Positions 7,756 to 17,786 of a stretch of DNA of 45,689 bases are shown here, in pieces. Position 1 is the stretch's first letter. Each line of letters begins with the position of its first letter. The position numbers and the translations under genes were made by a program. The notes beneath the pieces are model-generated. The model searched no databases. It was not told where the DNA came from and was given only the letters and a program-made list of their open reading frames with translations. This stretch comes from a virus (lineage: Duplodnaviria > Caudoviricetes), in the IMG/VR virus record IMGVR_UViG_3300009095_000002, positions 1 to 45,689 of that record; one strand, given 5' to 3'.

Positions 7756-7963
7756 TCTTACTCTTTAAAGCATTAACAATTCTAATAATAACAAATACCG
7801 TAGATGCCAGCGTTAAAATGCATCCTAAAAACTCATGTACCTTCGCCAAATCCACAGGTATATCATTTATCTTATATATAACTTGCCATGTCCAAGTAAC
7901 CACATTGGCGGTCACAATTCCTATGTCTCCTAATGCTGTTTTAATGCTCATCTTTATTCGCAT
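7727..7963 (-). CDS. Holin/antiholin-like membrane protein
   Basis: Two hydrophobic segments; immediately upstream of the endolysin. Confidence 0.6.
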   Translation of the reverse strand: MRIKMSIKTALGDIGIVTANVVTWTWQVIYKINDIPVDLAKVHEFLGCILTLASTVFVIIRIVNALKSKNGTNRQDNY

Positions 7964-7988
7964 GGCGTTTGGCGGAACGCTTATTTTT

Positions 7989-10529
7989 TTAACTATTGAA
8001 GAAATCTACAAATGCATCACCATCGTAACAATCAGTTGAAAGGTGTGTCCCTCCTTCAATTATCACCAATTCGCAATCTCCACCTATTGCATTTACAGCA
8101 GTTTGAAAATCTATTGCCTGATCATCTGGTATAAGCGTGTCAGCGTCTCCATGATATAATAGTATTGGTATATTCTTAAGTGGGTATGGTGTTAAAGTTG
8201 GGTCTGCAAATCTATATGTATTTGCTGTTGTTCCAGAAGCACCAACTGCTACAATATCATTTTCTATGTACGCAGTAGCTGCGACATACATATTTTTCCA
8301 GCTATATGTATCTGTATAATATTGCTCATCTACTTGGTCATAGCCGAAATTTAGTCGCTTCCAATGTGCTTCCATGCTGTACTGAGCCCCTGATGCAACA
8401 TTTGCACTCAAGGCTTCAACACTTATACTCGTAGCCCCTGCACTTGCATTTGCAGTTGTTACTATTGTTGCGGCTGCCGTGTGAGATGAATCTAATGTTA
8501 ACGTTGTTCCTGCTGGAATTGCTGAAGCTAACGCAGAACAGTTTAATGTTGTAGCTCCAGAGCTGTTAGTTCCTGAGGCTGTAACAATAAGGCCGGGGTT
8601 TAAACCTGTGATTGATCCATTACTCTTGTACCAAGTTCCCCAAGCATTGTTTATTATACTTGAAAACCCTCTATTTGTATAAGAATCGAGTAAACCTAGT
8701 GCTCCGGAAACAACAATAATTTTATGAACCTGATTTGGATATTGAATAGCATATCTAACAGCTGTCTCGCCTCCCATTGATTGTCCAAATAAATTAAGGT
8801 GCCTTAACCCAGGAATATTGTCCCTTACCCAATCTGTAAGTTTTTTCCTGTAAAACTGTCCTGTGGGGGCTCCCCAACAGGAAGATGTTGCCCCTGCGTA
8901 ATCACTTGAATTGTCTGCTCCTGTAATGCCGCATAACAAAAATCCAGCATGCACAAGCTTAGCCATTTCTTGAGGATTGCCGTTTGATCCAACGATACCG
9001 TAACCTCCAGTATTACCATTCGGATGATGGCAGTTAACTATATCTGTCTGTTGATAAGTAAGCGTTTTGGGGATTAACGCCCATCCAGTTTCATCATTTA
9101 ATACCTTAATTTTAAGAGCTGCCGGTGGGAACAGCTGACCATCTTTCGGCCCGGCTAATCCTTGGTTCCACCATACGCCTATAATTCTATTGGTTGTTGA
9201 TTTATTAGATATATGTAGCGTGTTTAAATATCGTCTTTCCTGAGTGCTGTTCCCAAAAACATACCTGCCACTGTTTTGAAGTGTTGCTAAAACGCCGCTG
9301 GCATAGGCATTATTATCCCATGCAGAGCCAACGCCAGGTGGGGCATTGTCTATATAATACCTACTAGGAGATTCATCCGGGATTAAAAAGCTTGTAACGA
9401 AATACCCATCTGAGGCCATGCCTACCCAAATCTTGGTTCCGGCAGGAATCCCACCATCATTTCCATAATTGTTAGACCATGTATTACCGCCAACAACTGA
9501 AGAAATGCCCCCCGTTGAAATTTTTGAAAACAGAAATCCTGTGAATGACTCTGCTGTTCTATTGCCAAAATGTATTCGGTCTATTGGCTGTGAATCGTTT
9601 ATCTCAACCAAAACTGCACACCTCCATGGTTTGGTTGGGTCTATCCTCTTTGGTAAATATATCTTCCCTGTTCCTGCAACTCCGGCACTTGAAGCAACAA
9701 CTCCACCGTCTGCATGATTTGCAAGCCCTGTACTATCAGATAACATTTCTTGTTTTATCACAGGATAATACATGCCATTTTCAGCTTCAAAGAACTGGCT
9801 ATTCTGAAACTGAGTAGGATCTACCTTTACACTGTTTAAGGCAGTATTTAAACCTTGTGTATGTATGTATGTGTCAGTATTGGGGCTTGACAAATCCCCA
9901 ACTTTATTTGAAAGCTTTTCTCTTTCGCCAATTTGCCCCTGTGCCTTATTTGCAAACTCTTGAATTGTATCACCCTCTTCTATTTCTGCATCTTCAGGAA
10001 CGACTTCTCCGACTGTAGTATCTAAAACTCTTTCCTCAGTGAAGTATAAATTTGTTATCCCTTCTGCAATTGAGTCTGTAGAAGGTAATTGAGCAGAGGC
10101 AACCTTTCCGGAACTATCTAATCCAGCATAACCATTTGCCTGATTTTTTTCTGAAGTGCTTTGCCTTTCATGAACCTGTCCAACTGTAGCAGCATGATTA
10201 TCTTCTGTTCCTTCTGCTATTTCAAGAGGTTGAGTAAAAGAATTGTTACCGGTGAATTCGTAGTCTTCTTCAGGATCGAAGCCGCCTCCACCAGAATTAT
10301 CATCTACATACTTCTTTGATGCAAACTGTCTATCATCAGTAATAGGAATATTTGTCGAATACCCAAGAGGCTGATCAATATCAAATCCTCCATCAGCAGC
10401 AGAAACAAAACTATCTATTTCATCAGTTTCAATACTGTTATGTTTTTCAGGTGTTATTTCCCTATTCCCATTTTTTTTAATAAAGGAATCAACTTTCGCC
10501 TTTAATTGTGCTTTTGTTCTCTTAGCCAT
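7989..10529 (-). CDS. Tail fibre/spike with C-terminal alpha/beta-hydrolase (esterase) domain
   Basis: Fibre motifs NGYAGLDSSGKV and TDSIAEGITNLYFT; GQSMGG nucleophile elbow, HGDADTLIP, GGTH. Confidence 0.8.
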   Translation of the reverse strand: MAKRTKAQLKAKVDSFIKKNGNREITPEKHNSIETDEIDSFVSAADGGFDIDQPLGYSTNIPITDDRQFASKKYVDDNSGGGGFDPEEDYEFTGNNSFTQPLEIAEGTEDNHAATVGQVHERQSTSEKNQANGYAGLDSSGKVASAQLPSTDSIAEGITNLYFTEERVLDTTVGEVVPEDAEIEEGDTIQEFANKAQGQIGEREKLSNKVGDLSSPNTDTYIHTQGLNTALNSVKVDPTQFQNSQFFEAENGMYYPVIKQEMLSDSTGLANHADGGVVASSAGVAGTGKIYLPKRIDPTKPWRCAVLVEINDSQPIDRIHFGNRTAESFTGFLFSKISTGGISSVVGGNTWSNNYGNDGGIPAGTKIWVGMASDGYFVTSFLIPDESPSRYYIDNAPPGVGSAWDNNAYASGVLATLQNSGRYVFGNSTQERRYLNTLHISNKSTTNRIIGVWWNQGLAGPKDGQLFPPAALKIKVLNDETGWALIPKTLTYQQTDIVNCHHPNGNTGGYGIVGSNGNPQEMAKLVHAGFLLCGITGADNSSDYAGATSSCWGAPTGQFYRKKLTDWVRDNIPGLRHLNLFGQSMGGETAVRYAIQYPNQVHKIIVVSGALGLLDSYTNRGFSSIINNAWGTWYKSNGSITGLNPGLIVTASGTNSSGATTLNCSALASAIPAGTTLTLDSSHTAAATIVTTANASAGATSISVEALSANVASGAQYSMEAHWKRLNFGYDQVDEQYYTDTYSWKNMYVAATAYIENDIVAVGASGTTANTYRFADPTLTPYPLKNIPILLYHGDADTLIPDDQAIDFQTAVNAIGGDCELVIIEGGTHLSTDCYDGDAFVDFFNS

Positions 10530-11119
10530 TAGCTATACTCATTTGAATAGTCGTCTGAATAATCTCTTTTGCATCCATATTTTTCAATACACGATGCTGC
10601 TCCTGTTATTACGATGTCGTATTCAATTCCTACAAATAAATCCTCATAACCTAGGCTTATATCCTGGCCTTCGAACTCTTCTTCTAATAGACGTTCTTTG
10701 TCAAGTATTATAGTTCTTGACTCTACTACAACTGTATCAGCACCTAAAGCGATTCGTAAGTCTTTGTTATTGGTAAATGAAATTGCGCTTAAAACTGTTT
10801 GCCCTACTGATAAATCAGCGTAATTACCTTTTCTCTTAATTATAATGCAGGTTCTCATTGGAACACGGAATGTTTTCATTGAAAAGCAACCAGAAACATC
10901 CTCGTCTTCATCTTCTGAAACTGAAGTGTCACCTATAATTCTATGATAAACAACCCCATTATAGAAATCAAAGTCAGCAACGCTTCTAAACTCGCCATTG
11001 CAATATTCCGCAGGGCTTTTAAGCTCTTCTCCTACAAGCTCGCAAAGGCCAAATAGCTTAGACACAATTCTAAGATCTTTGATTTTATTGTTAATATGTA
11101 CAATTATATCATCTATCAC
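10529..11119 (-). CDS. Putative tail terminator / head-tail joining protein
   Basis: Position and size; acidic. Confidence 0.5.
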   Translation of the reverse strand: MIDDIIVHINNKIKDLRIVSKLFGLCELVGEELKSPAEYCNGEFRSVADFDFYNGVVYHRIIGDTSVSEDEDEDVSGCFSMKTFRVPMRTCIIIKRKGNYADLSVGQTVLSAISFTNNKDLRIALGADTVVVESRTIILDKERLLEEEFEGQDISLGYEDLFVGIEYDIVITGAASCIEKYGCKRDYSDDYSNEYS

Positions 11120-11658
11120 TTCAGTAACTTTTCAACTTCAAAATAAAGCACATCTCTGAAATTATTTCTTTCTTTCTTTGTTAGGTCAAATATTTTACCG
11201 AATCTATCTTCCTGCCCTTCCATTATTTTTTCGTTTTCACTTCTGGCAGTTGCAGTATATTTTAAGTTGTTCACTTTCGTAACAGCCTTACCAAAGTCAC
11301 TTTGTAAAGTTCCTGTTAATACTAAATTAACCTTACCTACTGGCCTTCCAACTGCCTGTCTGTATGATTTATAAGATTTAAAATAACGTGTTTTTCTTTC
11401 ATTCCCATTTTTAAACTTTGCCTTATTGCTATTCTTTCCAGCAGGTCTAAATTTTCTTGGTGCAACATTCGGATTTACATATAAGCCTTTCGAATCGTCA
11501 TATTTGCCAATGTCAGAATTCTGTGAATTTTTCCCCTTTTCAAATATTCTTTCCGTCATCATTACATGCGTATCCTGAGAGGCAATAGCAACAGGTTTCC
11601 CAGATTTTAAAATCTGTATGGCCGTTCTCATTTTCTTAATGTAATCTGCCGTTTTCAC
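11116..11658 (-). CDS. Putative tail completion / virion morphogenesis protein
   Basis: Basic; ERIFEKGKN...VNLVLTGTLQSD resembles the Mu gpG-like pattern. Confidence 0.6.
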   Translation of the reverse strand: MKTADYIKKMRTAIQILKSGKPVAIASQDTHVMMTERIFEKGKNSQNSDIGKYDDSKGLYVNPNVAPRKFRPAGKNSNKAKFKNGNERKTRYFKSYKSYRQAVGRPVGKVNLVLTGTLQSDFGKAVTKVNNLKYTATARSENEKIMEGQEDRFGKIFDLTKKERNNFRDVLYFEVEKLLK

Positions 11659-12650
11659 GGTATCGACACAACGCTTTTTATCCTTGAATTACACGAAAAG
11701 CATACATCGTTTGGAAGTTTAATGTTGTGGAAGATTCCTTCCATTGCCGACTTATATTTTTCTTCATACTCAGACCTTAAATCTTTTGATTGTTGCTTAT
11801 CTAACAATACAATTGAATTGAGCCTTTTTGAATTAATTACTTCATTCATTATTTCAACTCCTACCTTGTGCAACAGAGGCCAAGCGAGTAATCCAGCCAT
11901 TGAGCAGATAAAAGATTCAAGTGAGCAGCTTATAGAATATTCAAAACTTAATCCAGCAGTTCCAGAACCTGATTTTACATTTGAGTCAATCTTTGGTGAT
12001 GCCTGATCTATTTTGCCTGAACTGAATTTAACGTATCTGTTGTTATAATAATTTTCGCATGGTCCGCAGCCTGAAGGCTTTGAAACAGAACTTTCATAAC
12101 CCTGAATAGAAGCATCATAACCAATGAACAAAGATAGCCTTTGCCTGTTAGTTTTGAAGCTTTTATTCACAAGTGAAAATCCAGTTACTCCTGGCGTACA
12201 TGATACATCTATTGTGTCAATTAGCTGACCAGAATTAAGATTATAAACATAAACAGGCACATCACCAGTATAATTAACCTTCAGGTAAATATTACTTATG
12301 AACAATTCAAGATTCTGGTTTTGCTCAATCTTAACCTTAATACCTGTTAATTTCCCGGCATCAATAGGAACACCCTTTAAATCCTTCTTAAAATATCCGA
12401 CAACATCACTTTCAATAAGTGAATTAACCCTTATTTTATCTTTTAAAATATTCCTTGCCTCGTTTAGTATTTCATTTTGAGCGTACTTAATCTTTTCACG
12501 AATTAGCTCAACACCTGAAATAGTCTCGTTATCAACGGCAGCATTAGCAATACTCAAGCGCATACCCGCAAGGTCTTGAATATACAAGCCAGATGTTGGC
12601 TCAGGTAATCCGCAACCACGTATTCCAATTATATTATCGAGGCAATTCAT
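11655..12650 (-). CDS. Putative head-tail adaptor (structural)
   Basis: Follows the major capsid gene; Cys-rich termini. Confidence 0.5.
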   Translation of the reverse strand: MNCLDNIIGIRGCGLPEPTSGLYIQDLAGMRLSIANAAVDNETISGVELIREKIKYAQNEILNEARNILKDKIRVNSLIESDVVGYFKKDLKGVPIDAGKLTGIKVKIEQNQNLELFISNIYLKVNYTGDVPVYVYNLNSGQLIDTIDVSCTPGVTGFSLVNKSFKTNRQRLSLFIGYDASIQGYESSVSKPSGCGPCENYYNNRYVKFSSGKIDQASPKIDSNVKSGSGTAGLSFEYSISCSLESFICSMAGLLAWPLLHKVGVEIMNEVINSKRLNSIVLLDKQQSKDLRSEYEEKYKSAMEGIFHNIKLPNDVCFSCNSRIKSVVSIP

Positions 12651-12664
12651 TTTAAAAAAGAATT

Positions 12665-12689
12665 AAAATAAAGCCCCGGTTAAGGGGCT
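12665..12689 (-). terminator. Terminator after major capsid gene
   Basis: AGCCCC-N-GGGGCT with a U-rich tail. Confidence 0.7.
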
Positions 12690-12698
12690 ATTAATTTA

Positions 12699-13742
12699 TT
12701 AAGCAGGATTACTAATTTTGTATCTGTTAACGAATGTTACTCCATGGTATGGATCACCCACAGAGTACATATCAGTAGGAAGGCCAATAAGCTTATGTAC
12801 TAGTTTTAAGTTGACAAAGATTGTCCCACAATCTACTTTTATTTGTAGGTCGTATCGTATACCAGTTCTTGGATCTGTAATTACAGTTTGCTTATATGAC
12901 TGGTCATTTATAACGTTAATCCCTTCTGGTCCTTCAAACTGTAGCCAGTGTAACATTTGAACCGCACCAGGTATTAATGTTATAAAATCACCGTTTAACT
13001 CCCTGTCAATCTTTTTGTCTGAAACAAATACAGAGCTGTTTTGTGCAGCAAATACCGAAAGGTCAAGGCCATCAGAAGCGCAGCAAGAGGCAGCAACTTT
13101 TTTGTAGTATTTATAAGCTTCGCCAAATCCAAAGATATATGGGGTTCCTCCATATCCAGTGTCAAGTGAGGCAAACTCAATCTCTGCCAGCATGTCAATG
13201 TTTGGCGAGCCATCCGATTTCTTTGTGGAAACAGTTTTGATATCGTTTAGTACACCGTCAACTCCGGTTCCGAATGCCCCGTAAAGTGTTGAGAGTTGTT
13301 GAGCATTGATAGTGCCTATTTTCTTGTACAGCCCGTCCATAATCGCCTGAATCCTCTCAGCAAACCAAAGTCCATTATCCTTACACATTGAGGCCATATT
13401 GTCAATATCAAACTTTTCATCGTATTGAACGCCAGAGTCGCCTAGTTCATATTCTTCTGAAAGTTGCCCTGCTTCATTATCAGAGGTACATTTTCTTTCT
13501 GGATTAGTACCTATCTCTGACTCTAATATTGGAGGAGTATATATTAACTCAACCTTCCTCTTTTTCCCGCCTCCTGGAGAAACTTTATTTTGGATGGTTC
13601 CATTAGTGTTTAATGGGGATACAACAAAATCAGTGAATCCTTGCGGCTCCATTCTGTTGTTTGGTGCTGACCTTGTAAATTGAGTATTTAAATCTTCTTG
13701 GATTTGTGGACAATCAATTAGCCCTGATACAGTATGTGACAT
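12699..13742 (-). CDS. Major capsid protein (putative)
   Basis: 347 aa; follows the scaffold gene, precedes a terminator, has a long structured leader. Confidence 0.75.
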   Translation of the reverse strand: MSHTVSGLIDCPQIQEDLNTQFTRSAPNNRMEPQGFTDFVVSPLNTNGTIQNKVSPGGGKKRKVELIYTPPILESEIGTNPERKCTSDNEAGQLSEEYELGDSGVQYDEKFDIDNMASMCKDNGLWFAERIQAIMDGLYKKIGTINAQQLSTLYGAFGTGVDGVLNDIKTVSTKKSDGSPNIDMLAEIEFASLDTGYGGTPYIFGFGEAYKYYKKVAASCCASDGLDLSVFAAQNSSVFVSDKKIDRELNGDFITLIPGAVQMLHWLQFEGPEGINVINDQSYKQTVITDPRTGIRYDLQIKVDCGTIFVNLKLVHKLIGLPTDMYSVGDPYHGVTFVNRYKISNPA

Positions 13743-13766
13743 AAAATATTAATAGTCTTTTATTTT

Positions 13767-13837
13767 TTCCTCCTTGAATCAATGCCTCTCGGAATAAGCA
13801 ACTATCAAAGTTTTTATGCCACTTTGAAAAGGCAACT
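13767..13837 (-). ncRNA. Two tandem AGUUGC..GGCA pseudoknot-like leader motifs
   Basis: AGUUGCC-UUUUCAAAGU-GGCA-UAAAA-ACUUUGA and AGUUGCU-UAUUCCGAGA-GGCA-UUGAUUCAA-GGAGGAA. Confidence 0.6.
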
Positions 13838-13861
13838 TGTAGGTAACTTAAGCGTAGTTTT

Positions 13862-14695
13862 TTAACGGTTTCCAGCAATAGACTTAAGCTGTTCAGCGTT
13901 TTTTATCGCATTTGGATGAACTCGTCTTTCCGTTCCTTGTGGCTGTCCGTTATTTTTTTGATTATTATCGGTGAAGACAGCAGGGTTAACTTTGCCTCCG
14001 TCATTCTTCTTAATAAATCCTTCTTTATCGGCTATGCTTTCGATCGCTTCGGAAAGCGTTAAGAATGCACCTGCCTTGTTGGGATTGGCCAATCTTTTAC
14101 CCTCTGAGTTAAGAACTAAAACTTCGTTCTGATCATCAAAGTCAACTTTAATGCTTTCTTTGATTAGTGAATCTAAGTAATGTTGTTCAGCCTTGGAAAG
14201 ATCTGACTTAAGCTTTGTTTGAACTTTGCTTTTCTCGGTAGCAAGAATATTGTTGATCTTCTCAGTTTTGAATCTGCCCTCGTAATCTGCCTTGGTATCC
14301 TCCAAAGTTTTCTGAAGCAAAGAATTATTGTCTTTATATTCCTGTAGTCTTGCGTTTGCTTTTTCAAGCTTCGCTTGTAACTCTTTAACTGCCTCGTCTG
14401 AACTTTGACCTTGCTTAGACTTTAATTCTTCAATTAAGCTATCTTGCTTTGCCTTTCCAAGCTCTACAATTTCTTCCCACTTCTTACCGTTGATTTCTTC
14501 ACTTGAAAGGCCGAATAGCCTTTTTGCGAGAGTGGTGATTGATCCGGTAATCTTACCAGTAATTTTACTCTTTATCTCGTCGTCATCGTTCGCCTCAGCA
14601 CGGGTAATATATTTTCCTGAAAAACTTTTTTTGAATGCGTCAAGGTCTTTAACGTCTTCAACTCCAAGGTAATCTAATAAATCTTTAAGCTCCAT
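13862..14695 (-). CDS. Capsid scaffolding protein (putative)
   Basis: Charged coiled coil immediately upstream of the capsid gene. Confidence 0.7.
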   Translation of the reverse strand: MELKDLLDYLGVEDVKDLDAFKKSFSGKYITRAEANDDDEIKSKITGKITGSITTLAKRLFGLSSEEINGKKWEEIVELGKAKQDSLIEELKSKQGQSSDEAVKELQAKLEKANARLQEYKDNNSLLQKTLEDTKADYEGRFKTEKINNILATEKSKVQTKLKSDLSKAEQHYLDSLIKESIKVDFDDQNEVLVLNSEGKRLANPNKAGAFLTLSEAIESIADKEGFIKKNDGGKVNPAVFTDNNQKNNGQPQGTERRVHPNAIKNAEQLKSIAGNR

Positions 14696-14696
14696 G

Positions 14697-14945
14697 TTAC
14701 TTCTTATTTTTAGGTGTCTTCTTTGTATTGCTCTCTAATTCTTCTGGTTTGCCAATAATTATCTCTTCAGATGCTTCGAATAGGTCATCGAGGCCTTCTT
14801 GAATTTCCTCATTCACAATTACCTTTTGCTCAACCTTCAAATCCTGAACCTGCCAATCAGATTTTATAAACCAGGAAGCCTTTGTAATGCCTTCCGGAAC
14901 AAATTTTACCTGTCCTTTGCTATTTATAATCCTGACGTTTCCCAT
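14697..14945 (-). CDS. Hypothetical head-module protein
   Basis: 82 aa, basic tail. Confidence 0.7.
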   Translation of the reverse strand: MGNVRIINSKGQVKFVPEGITKASWFIKSDWQVQDLKVEQKVIVNEEIQEGLDDLFEASEEIIIGKPEELESNTKKTPKNKK

Positions 14946-15007
14946 TTTACTCTTCTAAATGTGTAAATTTAACACAATTTAATAAAAAAAATATTAATAC
15001 AAAATTT

Positions 15008-15892
15008 TTAGATGTTACCCTTTTCTTTGTTTCGCTTTATTACCGACGCTGGAACCGACTTTTCAGAGACAGGTAATGGAGAATGCTTACAATTGCGCCC
15101 ACCTGCCAGACTGAAAATATTATCCTTGTTGGTCAGTGAGTTCATACCCTGCCACGGATGGCCACAATTTCCAACTTCTTTACCATCGCCCCAAGCTTCA
15201 ATTTCTTTTCTGTGATAATACTTCCCGGCCCTTTCCAAGCAGAAACACCTAGTGTCATCTATTTTACCCCCAGACCAGCGGTAGAAATCTAAACCTAAAT
15301 CTTTTGCAACATTAGAGGTATATGTTCTATCAGATATTGCGAACCCGTCATAGGCGACTCTTTTAACATGTGAAAGTAATTTCCCGTCTACTTGGTCATT
15401 GCCTAAAATTATCTTTCGCAGGCCTTGCAATGTATCATAATAAGACCCCTCATTCATTACCGCAGTGTTCATTAACTCTTTTAATGGTGTCATTAATGGC
15501 TGTGTAAATGTGTCACCAGTAAGCAGCTCAATTGTATTTCTTTGTGCCTGCCTTATAACTTTTTCGTAAATAGGCTTAACTTCATAATTATTGACTATCC
15601 CATCAAAATACAAATCATTAAGCTTTGCCTGATTCGTAAATTCCCGTGCGTATTTCCTTAATGCAGTTTCATACTGGGGAGAAAAAACTTTATTCTTAAT
15701 TTGAATCTCTATTGATTCAAGAATAGATATATTCTTTTCGGACAAAACAAATTTACCATCAACAGTTTCAAGTTGAGACATAAGCCTTTCAACTTCTTCC
15801 ATGACTTCAGCCTGAAGCGTTTCAGTAGTCTGCTCTAACAGCTTTGGCACTTCATCCAGGCGGTCGAACTTGTTATCTAAAATACTAGCCAT
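15008..15892 (-). CDS. Minor capsid / head morphogenesis protein (MuF-like)
   Basis: YRWSGGKIDDTRCFC...GGRNCKH; follows portal. Confidence 0.75.
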   Translation of the reverse strand: MASILDNKFDRLDEVPKLLEQTTETLQAEVMEEVERLMSQLETVDGKFVLSEKNISILESIEIQIKNKVFSPQYETALRKYAREFTNQAKLNDLYFDGIVNNYEVKPIYEKVIRQAQRNTIELLTGDTFTQPLMTPLKELMNTAVMNEGSYYDTLQGLRKIILGNDQVDGKLLSHVKRVAYDGFAISDRTYTSNVAKDLGLDFYRWSGGKIDDTRCFCLERAGKYYHRKEIEAWGDGKEVGNCGHPWQGMNSLTNKDNIFSLAGGRNCKHSPLPVSEKSVPASVIKRNKEKGNI

Positions 15893-17696
15893 TATCTACT
15901 CCTGATAATATCCTATCTACATCTAAGGTTACAGGCCTAACTTCAGCCTCTTTATCCTTTGCCTTTTGGATCAAAATTTCTTTCTGTTGCTCAACTGGCA
16001 ACGATAAGAAATCAGGATTTTCAACAAGCTCTTCGGCAATGAACATATAAATAGAAGTGTGAAGAATGTCCTCCCAAGCAGCCACAGTTCCAGAAAGTTT
16101 TTTCTGTGCTATATCCTGTGCAGAAAGAGAAATAAGCCTATCCGTTGCAAATGCAATTTCAAATACTTTCGTTGTTTCCTCCTGAGTGCTGAATCTTGTA
16201 TGTAGCCACTCCATTAACAATTGATATATTGCTATGTCTGGAAGGCCATAATCCTTAGCCTTTGAAATTTCCTCTGTTAAGTCGTATTCGCTTCTTATTG
16301 AGAATGTTCTTGGACGTGAAACAACAGGCAGTTTTTCCCCTGTTCCATATCTCATTTGGATAATGCACTTAATAGAGAATTCAAGCAGTTCGAACACCTG
16401 GTTACTGATTGAAAGCAATACAGTAAATTCATCCTCACGGTCAATTATTTTTCCTAATGCTGTTTCAGATCCTTTTGGGTCACTCGTTGAATTATTCAGA
16501 TTCAACACACTTAATGCATCTTGTTTGTTCAGCTCGATTTCTTCACGCAAGAATTTAAGTATATCTGGATTAGGGCTTTCATAACCAAAGAATGGCGGTT
16601 TGAATTGTTCTTTGTCGAATCCGTTTGGAGCCTTAATTTGAACTTTCCCTAAAGGAGAGTTTAAGCTTCTTTTCCCAGTACCTTTACATGATGGGCATTT
16701 TGTGTTATGACCATCAATTAGTAAATACCCATCAATACAACGAGTGCCATTTTCCTCGTATTCACATTCATCCGCATATTCCCAGCCTTTCGGAAACGCA
16801 CTATTGGCCTTTGATGCCTTCAAGTAAGAAGAATCTAGCAATATGTCGTCCATGATCTCAACCGCAGCCATAAAATGGCTTTGGTAAAGAACATCGTTCT
16901 CTTTAGGAATAGGAATAGCCTTCAGCTTTTTACACGGCAAATAACCTAAGTTGTGGGGCCAGAAAATGGCGTATTCAAACCTGTAATCAGTCTTCTTCCC
17001 AACCTGCTTAATTCTCCAAATATTATTTGTATCATAGAATTCAAAAACCAACCCAGTCTTTTCTTCACGGTTCCCGAATGTTACCCAGCTCTTTTCTAAC
17101 AGCTCAATGAGGGCGTAGTTATTCTCAACATATCCGATTATTTGCGGAGAATTGTAAATAACAGATACCGGCTCAATGTATTTTGTTTCATCAATTACAA
17201 TTTCATCGCCCTTCAAAATCACTGGCAGCGTGTACGGCTTATGACACATCAAAGCGTTAGGATCTTTCTCTTTAAGCCTGGTAACTATAGTTTTATAATA
17301 GTCTTCTAATGAGCCATATACAGGATATTCATTCTCAATATACTTTTGAGGTGTTGCCCCGTCAAGCTGTGAATATTCAGGCCACTTTATAGACCAGTTG
17401 GCATCATTCCAAATCCGGTTAACAGCACTGATAAACTTTGACCAGATAGGGAAGGTAACTGTCTTATGATTGCATTTAATGTATTCGAATTCTTCATCAG
17501 TCTGATTAGGCGCACGCATTCGGAACAGCTTTTCAGGAAACTTCCCAATTTCTGAATGCACACAAATCCTTTCAAGGAAATCAACAGACTCCTTATAGAC
17601 CTCTGTAAATTCAGGCTCCTTTTTTCGAGCCTCAGATTCTTTAAATATCGCTATCTTTTCGGATAGAATCTCCTGTATTTGAACATCACTATACAT
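15885..17696 (-). CDS. Portal protein (putative) with Zn-finger insertion
   Basis: 603 aa at the head of the head module; HNLGYLPC, SETALGKIIDRE; CPSCKGTG. Confidence 0.75.
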   Translation of the reverse strand: MYSDVQIQEILSEKIAIFKESEARKKEPEFTEVYKESVDFLERICVHSEIGKFPEKLFRMRAPNQTDEEFEYIKCNHKTVTFPIWSKFISAVNRIWNDANWSIKWPEYSQLDGATPQKYIENEYPVYGSLEDYYKTIVTRLKEKDPNALMCHKPYTLPVILKGDEIVIDETKYIEPVSVIYNSPQIIGYVENNYALIELLEKSWVTFGNREEKTGLVFEFYDTNNIWRIKQVGKKTDYRFEYAIFWPHNLGYLPCKKLKAIPIPKENDVLYQSHFMAAVEIMDDILLDSSYLKASKANSAFPKGWEYADECEYEENGTRCIDGYLLIDGHNTKCPSCKGTGKRSLNSPLGKVQIKAPNGFDKEQFKPPFFGYESPNPDILKFLREEIELNKQDALSVLNLNNSTSDPKGSETALGKIIDREDEFTVLLSISNQVFELLEFSIKCIIQMRYGTGEKLPVVSRPRTFSIRSEYDLTEEISKAKDYGLPDIAIYQLLMEWLHTRFSTQEETTKVFEIAFATDRLISLSAQDIAQKKLSGTVAAWEDILHTSIYMFIAEELVENPDFLSLPVEQQKEILIQKAKDKEAEVRPVTLDVDRILSGVDNG

Positions 17697-17776
17697 TAAC
17701 GTATATTAAATTTAGTTCGTGGCTTAATTGGTCTTGGTTTTGGCTTCCCGCAGGAACCACAAGCTTTATTTTTCAT
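17696..17776 (-). CDS. Tiny basic CxxC peptide (26 aa, not in ORF track)
   Basis: MKNKACGSCGKPKPRPIKPRTKFNIR; TAATG coupling to portal. Confidence 0.55.
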   Translation of the reverse strand: MKNKACGSCGKPKPRPIKPRTKFNIR

Positions 17777-17786
17777 GGTTCTGTTT

